From a virus (taxonomy: Duplodnaviria > Caudoviricetes): a DNA stretch of 57,967 bases. The position numbers and the translations under genes are program-made. Below are positions 34,995-44,714 of this stretch, in pieces. Within the stretch, counting starts at the first letter, position 1. Every line of letters starts with the position of its first letter. Below the pieces are notes generated by a model that was not told where the DNA came from, searched no databases, and worked only from the letters and a program-made list of their open reading frames with translations. Where the stretch lies: positions 1 to 57,967 of IMG/VR virus record IMGVR_UViG_3300030101_003566; one strand, written 5' to 3'.

Positions 34995-35922
34995 GCCACT
35001 AGGCGGAACAGAATTACAATTAGCATTTTTAAAACAACGAGTTGACGCAAACTTGTTAGAACACTTTCAAATATGCACGTCAGTGCCTGGTAAAATTCCC
35101 TTAGATAACAATAAAATTAATATCTTATGGCAGAAAAACAGTTACGACCAACCAAATATCCGACCTTTTTTTGAAAATAAAGAAAACCATACTCTTTACG
35201 ATTGGTATGTTTTTAACTCGCATTGGAATTTTGAAAAATATAGAATGATGTATGACCTACCTACAGAGCGTTGTCATGTAATAAAAAACGGGATCACTCA
35301 TGTTCCAAAAATAAAACAATACAAACAAGGCGAAACCTTACGTTTAATATTTCAACCTACACCTTGGCGTGGCTTAAATGTTTTATTACTTGCCATGCAG
35401 TATCTAAATGATGAAAATATTGAGCTAGACGTTTACAGTAGTTGCGAAATTTATGGAAAAGAGTTTTTTAAAAATAATAATGAAGACTGGGTTGCGTTGT
35501 TTGAACAGGCAAAAAAACTACCTAATGTTAATTATATTGGGTATCAGCCTCATTCTGTTATTTTAGATAAAATGCCGGACTACCACATGTTTGCTTATCC
35601 TAGTATATGGGAAGAAACCTCTTGTATATCAGCTCTTGAAGCAATGGCCTCAGGGTTATACTGCGTGGTAACTAACTATGGTGCATTGTATGAAACATGT
35701 GCTGAGTTTCCGATATATATTAATTACACAAAAGATTACACAAAACTGGCAAAGAATTTTGCATTTGCTATTAAGACAGGTATGCAACATTTACATGAAG
35801 ATTACATACACGAACATTTACTTTTACAGCAAGATTATATTAATCGATTTTATCATTGGGACAAAAAAGCAATGCAATGGCAAACTTTTCTGCAAGGAGT
35901 TTTAGATGACAGACGCAAGTAA
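34987..35922 (+). CDS. Glycosyltransferase (GT-B / GT4-like)
   Basis: PLGGTELQ...YPSIWEETSCISALEAMASG (EX7E motif). Confidence 0.88.
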   Translation: MSEPLGGTELQLAFLKQRVDANLLEHFQICTSVPGKIPLDNNKINILWQKNSYDQPNIRPFFENKENHTLYDWYVFNSHWNFEKYRMMYDLPTERCHVIKNGITHVPKIKQYKQGETLRLIFQPTPWRGLNVLLLAMQYLNDENIELDVYSSCEIYGKEFFKNNNEDWVALFEQAKKLPNVNYIGYQPHSVILDKMPDYHMFAYPSIWEETSCISALEAMASGLYCVVTNYGALYETCAEFPIYINYTKDYTKLAKNFAFAIKTGMQHLHEDYIHEHLLLQQDYINRFYHWDKKAMQWQTFLQGVLDDRRK

Positions 35923-36712
35923 ACCTTTGTGGGCTGAGGAAGAGATTAGTATTTATGTAGCAACACCAGTACATTCTGAAGTATCCATACACTACGCACA
36001 AAGTATGCTTGAATTTCAAAAGGCTTGTTTAGATAAAAAAATAAATGTAACTATTGATATGATGAAATCTTCATTAGTCACACAAGGTAGAAACTTATGT
36101 ACTTCAGGTTTTTTACAGAGTAACATGACTCATATGTTGTTTGTTGATTCGGACATCGCCTTTTCCTCAGATAGCATATGGAGGATGCTTGAGGCTGACA
36201 AGGATGTCATTTCCGTACCCTACCCATTAAAACACATTAAGTTTGAGAGATTAATAGCCAAAATTTTAGCTGGTGAAGTTACCACACCAAAACAAGCTCA
36301 TGTGCATTGTAATACGTACCCTTTAAGACTTGAGGACAATGAATCTATTGAAGTGCAAGACAACGGCGTGATCGAAGTTACTCATGCCCCAACAGGTTGT
36401 ATGTTAATTAAAAGGCAAGTATTTGAAAAATTAATAGAACACTACCCAGACATGGACATAAATCAAGAGAGCATAATTGACGGCAAACTACAGAAAAAAC
36501 CTTATCTGTATAACTTTTTTGACACTTATTATGACAAAGACAACAAAAGGTTTCTTGGAGAAGATTTTGCTTTTTGCCGATTATGGAGAAAGATAGGAGG
36601 TAAGTGTTATTGTTACATTATGGATTACATTACGCATGTTGGCGAGTTTCAATACACAGGGCGTTTATGGGACGAAATGAAGCCTACGAGTATTGATAGC
36701 ACTGAAGAATAA
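35906..36712 (+). CDS. Glycosyltransferase (GT-A fold)
   Basis: VATP...SLVTQGRN...LFVDSD (DxD)...TGCMLIKR...GEDFAFC. Confidence 0.85.
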   Translation: MTDASKPLWAEEEISIYVATPVHSEVSIHYAQSMLEFQKACLDKKINVTIDMMKSSLVTQGRNLCTSGFLQSNMTHMLFVDSDIAFSSDSIWRMLEADKDVISVPYPLKHIKFERLIAKILAGEVTTPKQAHVHCNTYPLRLEDNESIEVQDNGVIEVTHAPTGCMLIKRQVFEKLIEHYPDMDINQESIIDGKLQKKPYLYNFFDTYYDKDNKRFLGEDFAFCRLWRKIGGKCYCYIMDYITHVGEFQYTGRLWDEMKPTSIDSTEE

Positions 36713-36750
36713 AGGTAAACTTAATGTAATATATATATTAGGAGCAGTGG

Positions 36751-37686
36751 ATGTTACCTCAAATTATAGCTGGACTTGCTAGTTTCGCCTTGGCGAAAGC
36801 CTCCGGTGCCTCAACACGAAATGCTTTGATATCTGGGTTTTTAGGGGGAGCTACTTCATTTGGTATAAAACAATTGACTACAGCAGCTTCGGCAGCTGGT
36901 ACAGCAGCTACACAAGCAGACTTATTGTCTAAACTCGGAACTGCTAGTGAAGTTGCAAATATTGCAGGTGGCCCCGGTGCTGCAGGAGTTTATGGTAGTG
37001 CCGAGGCGTTAAAAACTTTAACAAGCTCTGTTCCTACTGAAGGCATAAGTGGTTTTTTAACAAATCAGTTTATGGAAAACCCAGAACTTGCACAAGACGT
37101 ATTAAAATATGGCTCTGGTTTAAAAGGACAAGTCTTAGCTCCAGGTTTTGTTGGTGGTTTGTATGGTGTGGCTAAAATACCTAAATATAACCCACAGTTT
37201 ACTGGAATATCCGATATGGATAAAGAAAAAAGAGCAGAGGAATACGCTAAGGCATCTCAACAACTTGAGGGTATAACCACACCTAGAGAATACGCTGCTG
37301 CAGAATCTCAGTATAAAGTGCCCTACTCAGAAATTGTCTTTGCTAAAGAGGGTGGCATTATCAATGCTTTGCCAAAATACAATATTGGGGGCGTTTCATA
37401 TTTACCTAGTAAAACGGATCATGATGAAAAAGATATTAACAATTATGTTAGAGCTCAAGGTTATGTAGAAGATGGCTCTGGCAATGGTGATAAAGATGAA
37501 GATACCATGTTAGCACAACTCGCTGATGGTGAGTTTGTGTCTCGTGCAGATGCTGTTCTTGGAGCAGGCATCATGGCAGGTGCAAATCCTGAGGACTTTA
37601 AAGAAATGCGTAGAAAGGGAGCTGCATTTTTCTACAATCAACAAGATCAAATGAAACGAATATATGATCTAGTAAATGCAAACTAA
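36751..37686 (+). CDS. Internal virion / ejection protein
   Basis: Hydrophobic Gly/Ala-rich N-terminus; C-terminal DTMLAQLADGEFVSRADAV domain. Confidence 0.65.
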   Translation: MLPQIIAGLASFALAKASGASTRNALISGFLGGATSFGIKQLTTAASAAGTAATQADLLSKLGTASEVANIAGGPGAAGVYGSAEALKTLTSSVPTEGISGFLTNQFMENPELAQDVLKYGSGLKGQVLAPGFVGGLYGVAKIPKYNPQFTGISDMDKEKRAEEYAKASQQLEGITTPREYAAAESQYKVPYSEIVFAKEGGIINALPKYNIGGVSYLPSKTDHDEKDINNYVRAQGYVEDGSGNGDKDEDTMLAQLADGEFVSRADAVLGAGIMAGANPEDFKEMRRKGAAFFYNQQDQMKRIYDLVNAN

Positions 37687-38089
37687 GTTTATTAAATTTA
37701 ACAAGTTTGAAGTAGAAAATATCTGGCCACTAGCAAAAGATTTAGTCCAACTGGCATGTGATACAAATGGTGCTTTTAATGCTAATGATATTAGAGACCT
37801 TTGTAAACAAGGAGCCATGCAACTCTGGTTAGTTGTTTCAGACTCCGATACGGTACTTGCGACAGTTGTGACTGAAATTAGACGCTACCCAAATTACAAA
37901 GTCTGTGATGCAAGAATCGTTACAGGCAGACAAATGGATTTATGGGTACATCATGTGGATGATTTAGAAGCATGGGCTAGAAAAGAGGGTTGTATAAAAA
38001 TGGAGTTATTTGCAAGACCAGGTTGGGAAAAGGTCATGAAACCAAAAGGGTATGTTAAAACACATGTACAAATAGAGAAAGAGTTATGA
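37676..38089 (+). CDS. Putative GNAT-like protein in the ejection module
   Basis: LEAWARKEGC...ARPGWEKV; position comparable to T7 gp13-like genes. Confidence 0.5.
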   Translation: MQTKFIKFNKFEVENIWPLAKDLVQLACDTNGAFNANDIRDLCKQGAMQLWLVVSDSDTVLATVVTEIRRYPNYKVCDARIVTGRQMDLWVHHVDDLEAWARKEGCIKMELFARPGWEKVMKPKGYVKTHVQIEKEL

Positions 38090-39126
38090 GTATTGATATT
38101 ACAAATTTAAACATGCAAGAAAAGATTAAGTTGTTCGAGCAACTTTATGAAGAAATCACGGCTCACGGAACGAATGGTGACGTGCATTTAGCACATATTA
38201 ACGAGTATGAAAGAAAACTTCTTATCGCACACGGTGGTTGTGGCACAGTCAATGATGAAACTGGGCTAACACAATACTTTGGTGGCGGTGGCGGTGGTAG
38301 TAGTGGACCGGAAAGGCAAACTACAATTACTCGTGAGGCACCAGAGATTGAAGCTCGTAAACTTGCTTTGTTTGATGTTGGTGCTGAACTGGCAAAAACA
38401 CCAGTAAACATACCAGCATTTCAAGTAGCAGGTCCAGCTCCATTAGAAACACAAGCTTTTACTGCTGCAGCACAGCCTGGTGTTGGTCAACCTCTATTAC
38501 AACAAGGTATAACTAGTGCTTTAAATGCACAACAGACCGCCATGCAACCTCCAGACATTAATGCTTTTATGAACCCATACATGGATAATGTTATTGGTGA
38601 AATACAAAGACAAGGTGAGCTACAAAGACAAGGTATTGCGGCCAATGCTATTCAAGCAGGTGCTTTTGGCGGAGGCAGAGAAGGTGTGCAATTAGCAGAA
38701 CAACAAGGTCGTGAACTTGGAACCATTGGTCAAGCTCAAGCCGCTGGATTTGGTACAGCTTTGGGTGCCGCTCAACAACAACAAGCTTTACAATTACAAG
38801 GTCAACAACAAGCCGCTGCTCAATTAGCTGCTGCTGCTGGTCAACAACAACAGATGGCACAAGCAGATATAGCACAAGCTGCTCAACTTGGTCAGGCACA
38901 AAGAGGCATTGGTCAAGCAGAACTGGAAGCACAAAGACAAACAGAACTAGCCAGAGCCTATGAGCCGTTTCAAAGAGTTGAGTTCCAAAAAGGTATCATG
39001 ACAGCGTTGCCGACCGCAGCGAGTCAGATAACACAAGCCGCTTCACCAAGGGCAAACCCACTTGCACAAACAGTTGGGACAGGTCTTGGTGCGTATGCAG
39101 CATTTAAAGGATTACCAGCATCGTAG
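38086..39126 (+). CDS. DNA ejection (pilot) protein
   Basis: Gln/Ala-rich; FMNPY and AGAFGGGR motifs; N-terminal GDVHLAHI...ETGLTQY domain. Confidence 0.7.
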   Translation: MSIDITNLNMQEKIKLFEQLYEEITAHGTNGDVHLAHINEYERKLLIAHGGCGTVNDETGLTQYFGGGGGGSSGPERQTTITREAPEIEARKLALFDVGAELAKTPVNIPAFQVAGPAPLETQAFTAAAQPGVGQPLLQQGITSALNAQQTAMQPPDINAFMNPYMDNVIGEIQRQGELQRQGIAANAIQAGAFGGGREGVQLAEQQGRELGTIGQAQAAGFGTALGAAQQQQALQLQGQQQAAAQLAAAAGQQQQMAQADIAQAAQLGQAQRGIGQAELEAQRQTELARAYEPFQRVEFQKGIMTALPTAASQITQAASPRANPLAQTVGTGLGAYAAFKGLPAS

Positions 39127-39133
39127 GTGACTT

Positions 39134-40645
39134 ATGGTAGATAAAGTACTACAACGTAAAATGTTTAGAAAGAAAGCACTTGAGAAATATGGTGGTGATA
39201 TGTTGCCTAAGTTTAATGAAAGTGGTTTGATGGAAGGTGAAAAAAACACACAAAATAACATGCAAAATTTTGACCTCATTAATGTTTTAAAAGATTTTGG
39301 TGTTGGTTCACTTGATACAGATGCTTCTGCAAATATTCAATATAATGATACCAGAAAACGGGACATGTTATTAGCTGTTGCTGGACGTTTATTACAAGCA
39401 GAGCAAAGACCTGGAGAGGGCATGTTTGCAGGTGTAGGTCGTGGTGTGGGCAAAGCCATCACTGAAGACTTTCCAATCATTAAAAAATTAGATTTAGAAA
39501 GTCGTGCTGCAAGAACAAAAACTGGTACAGTTAATAAAACTAAAGTATTTGATACTATTGATAGAGAACAAAAACAGATATCCTTTGCAGAGTACGATGC
39601 TGATCGCAAGTCAGCAAACCCTCGTTATATCATAGGGGAGGAACAAACTTATACTATTGGTATTGATGGCACTGCTTTTGGTGATAAAGGCAGATTAATT
39701 ACGCTTGATCCCCTTCAAATAAATCAATTAAAAGATAGATTGGGAGATAGTTTTTCACTTATTTTTAGACCAAAAGGTGAAAGAGACAGAGAAGCGGAGA
39801 TTGAACAATTTTATCAACAAAAAAAGATTGAAAAAGATATTGAGAGAATTGATAAAGCTGAGACAAAATTGGGTGAACTTGTAAATAAAAATACACAAGT
39901 ATTGGATATATCTGACAAAATTATACAAAACCTTGAGGGTCAAGGAGATGTTGCATTGGAAGGTGATAAAGCTATTGCAGGTTTTGTCGGAAATGTTATC
40001 TACGATATTAATAGTTTCATTGGTGGTGCTAAAGCTACCTTTGAAGTATTTGGTGCAAGTCCTACTGAATCAGTTAATGTTGAAAAAGATAAAGCTATTG
40101 AATTTATGAAATCTACAAACCAAGCAGATGATATTCAAGACTATTTAGATAAATTAGCAGAAACTGAAAGCGGTAAACGAAGATTTGGTCAAGATCGAAT
40201 AGATAGAAGTACATTAGAAAGATTTGCTGGATTGTCCGCAGAAAACAAAACCTTAATTATTGAACTTGCTTATGGTATAGCGAAATCAAGAGAGGAAGGC
40301 GGAAGATTTAGTGTTAGTGACATTGAACTTGCCATGGCTAGTATTGGAAACACATCGGATAGAAAGATGGCAAAAATTCAATTAAAAGCGATACAATATA
40401 CAAGATCCTCTGCAATCACTTCACAAATAAAAACTGACCCAAGATTTAAAAAGTTTTTTGTGGGCACTAGAGGAAATGCTAAGAAAGAAAAAGCAGCGTT
40501 TGACAAAGTATTGGATGTAGTTCCTGAAGTTTCTCCTTTTGTTAATATTTATTTAATGAATAGATACCCTAAAGTTTATGGACCAGATGCAGAGCCAATT
40601 AAGAAAGAGGGCAGAACTATTAAAAAAAAGGAGGAGGGTAAATAA
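39134..40645 (+). CDS. Internal virion / ejection protein
   Basis: 503 aa helical; VLQRKMF start and GRFSVSD motif. Confidence 0.65.
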   Translation: MVDKVLQRKMFRKKALEKYGGDMLPKFNESGLMEGEKNTQNNMQNFDLINVLKDFGVGSLDTDASANIQYNDTRKRDMLLAVAGRLLQAEQRPGEGMFAGVGRGVGKAITEDFPIIKKLDLESRAARTKTGTVNKTKVFDTIDREQKQISFAEYDADRKSANPRYIIGEEQTYTIGIDGTAFGDKGRLITLDPLQINQLKDRLGDSFSLIFRPKGERDREAEIEQFYQQKKIEKDIERIDKAETKLGELVNKNTQVLDISDKIIQNLEGQGDVALEGDKAIAGFVGNVIYDINSFIGGAKATFEVFGASPTESVNVEKDKAIEFMKSTNQADDIQDYLDKLAETESGKRRFGQDRIDRSTLERFAGLSAENKTLIIELAYGIAKSREEGGRFSVSDIELAMASIGNTSDRKMAKIQLKAIQYTRSSAITSQIKTDPRFKKFFVGTRGNAKKEKAAFDKVLDVVPEVSPFVNIYLMNRYPKVYGPDAEPIKKEGRTIKKKEEGK

Positions 40646-43600
40646 TGGCTGAAGAAGAAATTAAAATTGAAGATATTGAAAGCTATGATCAAATGCTTGA
40701 AGAGTATCCTGATATTGTAAAATCTTATGATTCTCCTGAAGAATTAGCTATGTTAGTTTTTCAAGAAAAACAAATAAATGCTTATGATAATAATGCAGGT
40801 GGCAGATTAAATATTTTTGATTTTTTTGATACTTTTTTACCTATAAATAAATACACAGATTTAAAGAAATACCGTGAGTCGTATACGGGTACAGCTCCAT
40901 TGCCCACAGACAATCTTGAACTTTCTAATATTATGTATCAAGATTTGCGTAAAGAAATAACTAAAGCTAATAATGAATTATATAAATATTCAGGAAGTAC
41001 TTTTAAAGAGGATTTATCAACCTTACCTTTAAATTTATTAGATTACGCTAATGCTGTTCATCCACTTGAAAGAAATGAAACTTTAGTTCGCCGTTCTATG
41101 GGCTTTGATTTAGAAAGGTTTAATAAAAGTTTAAATAGGTATACGGGTGAAAAAAGATACAATTATGATGACATTGCAAAAGTTTTTGGTATTGACTTTG
41201 CAAGAAATGATATCTTAGATGCTGAGATTGAAAAGGCTATAGGGTTTGGTAATACAAAAGAGGATAAAAGAGCAATGAGTCAAAGTGTTTTAATGAAACA
41301 CTATGGTGACATATTAGGCAGAAAAATAACACCAGAAGAATTAGGGTATACTTACGACGATAACTTAAATCTTGATGTTTTCACAGATCCTATAACAAAA
41401 AAGCAAAGATATGTGGATAATCCAAGCAGAGACGGAATATCAAAACTTTATGGACCAAGTATAGCCATGGCTTTTGATTTTATAGGCATGGTAGCTATAG
41501 GCGGACCTACTTCTTCAATTATAAGAAACGTTTTTCAAAAGGCAGTGCAAAAATTAGATAGTTTTTTTGCAAGGACTACTGTTGATGCAGTTTCTGGAGT
41601 AGCAAAAACAGCTGCGTATAGTACTGGATCGGGTGTTGGATACGATTTAGGTATGTTGACTAAAGACGCAATAAGAGAAATGTATTTAAATCCTGATTTA
41701 ACTAGAGAAGAATTTGGCGATATATTTTTTCCCATATTTAATGAAAGAATACTAAAACCTGCAATTGACTCTATTCCATTTGTTGGAGACGGTAGCACAG
41801 AATTTGCCTTTGACCAAGATGCGGCTGAATTTACTGCTATATTTGATGCATTGTTTAGATTAGGTAGAGGGGTTGGTTCTTTATTAAGGGGTAACAAAGT
41901 AGGTAAAGAAGAGTTTAAATACTTAACAAAAAATATTAAAGACTCTGACGAAGTTGCAAAGTATTTAAACAAAATGGTTAAAGAACAAAGAAAAAAATAT
42001 GAAAATTTAGAATTACCTGAAAATCCAGATTTAATATTTACAGTAGCCAATTCAGCAAGAAGATCAGATTTTAAGTGGAGACAAGAACAATTAGCGAACT
42101 CAACTAAATTTGGTGATAAGTTTGAAGACCGACTTTTTCAAAACATGACAGCTTTAAGAGATATGTTCCAATTAGAAATGATGGCAGCGTCTAAAAAAAA
42201 TATTGAAGACGCTCTTAGAGTCATCAAAGAAGGTGGTGATTTTGCTGATACGACAGTCGGTAAAAACATCATAGATATTGTAGAAGCATGGAAAAACCCA
42301 CAAACTCGTAAACAATTGGATAAAGTTTTTAAAAATGCTGAAGAGATGGAACAGATATATGGTAAAGGTCCCTTAAAAGACATTATTGCGGAAACTGAAA
42401 TCAGAGGTCCTTTAGAATTAATATTAGATAGTTTTGATGCAAATGTACGTAGAATGTATCAAAAAATTGACAAAATTTCACAAATTAACAAAGTAGGTAA
42501 AATACCAACAAATAATTATGAAAAAGCAATTAGATCACTTGATAAACGAGACAGAGATAGTCTTATTAAAAATAGTGTTAATGCAGCCTCTTTTGTTAAA
42601 GATATTTTACCTAAAGAAATATCTTTTAAAGTTTTACGCAACACTAGAAGTGATTTATTGCGTATGCAAAGGCAAGGTAAGTTTGATGATTTACCTGAGG
42701 GAGTTGGTGAGAAACTTATAAAAGCTCTAGATGACGACATAGCCGCATGGGGTAAAACAGATAAAGCAAGAGCTTTGGTTGCTGATGAATTTAAAAGAGC
42801 ATCAGATTTTTACCGTGAAGGTAAATCAGAATTTTACAATGTTTTAAAAGAGGTTTTGGAAAAAGATGCAGCAGGTAATTACAAAATAGCTGGTGCAGAA
42901 GTTTTTCCGACAGTGTTTAAACCAAAAGGCACTGCTGGTTATATTAAAAAAGTAAAAGATGTAAAACTTTTATTTAGAAACAGAGATTTTAAAAATGCTT
43001 TTTTAAAAGATTTAAAAGACTTTTATAGAAGAGAAGTTATTGGTGATGTTCAAAAAACTACTAAGACTGGTGTTGTAGATTTTAAAACCATTGATCCAAA
43101 AAAACACACAGCTTTCATGGATAAATACGGAGAACAAATTAAAGTTTTGTTTCCTGAAGAACATGCAAAACTTACAAATGTTAAAAATTCTTTAAAAACT
43201 TTTGATGATTCAATAGCTGACTATAATAAATTTATAGACAAATTAAAACAAAAATCAGGTGGTAGAATTCTTGACTTAAACCCAGAAAATATAGTTGATG
43301 AATTGTTCAATTTTGAAAATAAACAAGTATTATTAGATGTTACTAAAATTGTTCGTGAAGCTGATAAGGAAGCTTTTGGTGATATACAAGCTGCTATATT
43401 AAGAAAAATTTATAGAGAAACCACTCTTAAAAACCCAATTAACGGTGTTGATATATTTAATCCATATAAATTTAATGATTTAATGAGTAACAAAAATTTT
43501 GAAATTTTAAGAACTGTTTTTGATGAAAAACAAATTAAATTTTTAGATAAATTTAATAAGGCTTTAGCTATAGAGTTAGGTCAAGTAGCTTCAAGAGAAC

Positions 43601-44205
43601 AATTAGAAAAAATAGGTCCAGATTTAATTACACAAGGTCTAGTAAGAACTTTTTATGCACGTCCGTTGTCTAGACCAGGTATATTTTTTACAAATTTTTT
43701 AGCACGATTTGACGAGTATCATCAAAAAAGACTTGGAACATTAATGCTTGAACCAAATGCTGATAAAGCGATATCTGAAATTGAAAGATTGTTTAGAACT
43801 GGTAAAACTTTTGAAGCAGAACAACTGATGTTAGATTTTCTTAAACTACCAAGAAACTATTTACTTTTAAAAGAAGGCTCTAAAGCAACAGCAGACGAAT
43901 TTTCTACTGATGAGATTGAAGAAAGGAGATACAATAATAAAGTTAAAAAATTTGAAGATAGTTTATTTAGAGGTAGACGAAAGTTAGAAGATCAAACAAT
44001 ACAACCACAATCAAAACTATCTCAACAACCTATTAATGTGGCACAAATGAATAACATGGCTCCCACGGGCACAAATCAAGCGACAACAAATCAAGCCCCT
44101 ATGGTATCGAACCAAAACCAAGGGATAGCGTCACTCACTGACAGTTCTGTAGAGGGTGCTAATCTTGCCAGAATGAGAGCTTTCTTTCCAACGGGGATAG
44201 TATGA
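40645..44205 (+). CDS. Large internal virion / ejection protein
   Basis: 1186 aa helical; last gene of the ejection block; C-terminal GIASL...FFP. Confidence 0.65.
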   Translation: MAEEEIKIEDIESYDQMLEEYPDIVKSYDSPEELAMLVFQEKQINAYDNNAGGRLNIFDFFDTFLPINKYTDLKKYRESYTGTAPLPTDNLELSNIMYQDLRKEITKANNELYKYSGSTFKEDLSTLPLNLLDYANAVHPLERNETLVRRSMGFDLERFNKSLNRYTGEKRYNYDDIAKVFGIDFARNDILDAEIEKAIGFGNTKEDKRAMSQSVLMKHYGDILGRKITPEELGYTYDDNLNLDVFTDPITKKQRYVDNPSRDGISKLYGPSIAMAFDFIGMVAIGGPTSSIIRNVFQKAVQKLDSFFARTTVDAVSGVAKTAAYSTGSGVGYDLGMLTKDAIREMYLNPDLTREEFGDIFFPIFNERILKPAIDSIPFVGDGSTEFAFDQDAAEFTAIFDALFRLGRGVGSLLRGNKVGKEEFKYLTKNIKDSDEVAKYLNKMVKEQRKKYENLELPENPDLIFTVANSARRSDFKWRQEQLANSTKFGDKFEDRLFQNMTALRDMFQLEMMAASKKNIEDALRVIKEGGDFADTTVGKNIIDIVEAWKNPQTRKQLDKVFKNAEEMEQIYGKGPLKDIIAETEIRGPLELILDSFDANVRRMYQKIDKISQINKVGKIPTNNYEKAIRSLDKRDRDSLIKNSVNAASFVKDILPKEISFKVLRNTRSDLLRMQRQGKFDDLPEGVGEKLIKALDDDIAAWGKTDKARALVADEFKRASDFYREGKSEFYNVLKEVLEKDAAGNYKIAGAEVFPTVFKPKGTAGYIKKVKDVKLLFRNRDFKNAFLKDLKDFYRREVIGDVQKTTKTGVVDFKTIDPKKHTAFMDKYGEQIKVLFPEEHAKLTNVKNSLKTFDDSIADYNKFIDKLKQKSGGRILDLNPENIVDELFNFENKQVLLDVTKIVREADKEAFGDIQAAILRKIYRETTLKNPINGVDIFNPYKFNDLMSNKNFEILRTVFDEKQIKFLDKFNKALAIELGQVASREQLEKIGPDLITQGLVRTFYARPLSRPGIFFTNFLARFDEYHQKRLGTLMLEPNADKAISEIERLFRTGKTFEAEQLMLDFLKLPRNYLLLKEGSKATADEFSTDEIEERRYNNKVKKFEDSLFRGRRKLEDQTIQPQSKLSQQPINVAQMNNMAPTGTNQATTNQAPMVSNQNQGIASLTDSSVEGANLARMRAFFPTGIV

Positions 44206-44714
44206 GATTTACAACAGCAGCTTGGATTTTATTCTTAGCGTGGTTGTTGTTGTATGTTACAAACAGTTTCGCAGCGGATAGTAATATTTATTACAAAGAC
44301 CAGCCTCCAGCGTCTGCTATATCACCATCCGTATCCATCGGTGGCGGTAGCGACGTATGTGTGGTAGTAAGATCAGGTGCATTGGGCACAAGTCTATTCA
44401 ATGCTTCAGCGGGTATACATGTCATTGATAAGACTTGCGAACGCATTAAATTATCACGGGCCATGGCTCAACTAGGCCTCCGTGTTTCTGCCACAGCTAT
44501 TTTATGTCAAGACCCACGGGTCTGGCAGGCTATGTGGGACTCTAACTCTCCATGCCCAATTGATGGTAAAATAGGAGAAGAGGCAAAAAAACTTTACATC
44601 GAAAGAGGGATGGTAAAACTAGATGAACAAGGTAATCTTGTGTCTGCTCCTGGCATTCACATCAACATTAGTAAGCCACGCCGAGTCAACGACTTCGGAC
44701 AACCTACTCAATAA
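44202..44714 (+). CDS. Exported Cys-containing protein
   Basis: Signal peptide ending SFA; CERIKLSR...ILCQDPRV...PCPIDG. Confidence 0.75.
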   Translation: MRFTTAAWILFLAWLLLYVTNSFAADSNIYYKDQPPASAISPSVSIGGGSDVCVVVRSGALGTSLFNASAGIHVIDKTCERIKLSRAMAQLGLRVSATAILCQDPRVWQAMWDSNSPCPIDGKIGEEAKKLYIERGMVKLDEQGNLVSAPGIHINISKPRRVNDFGQPTQ

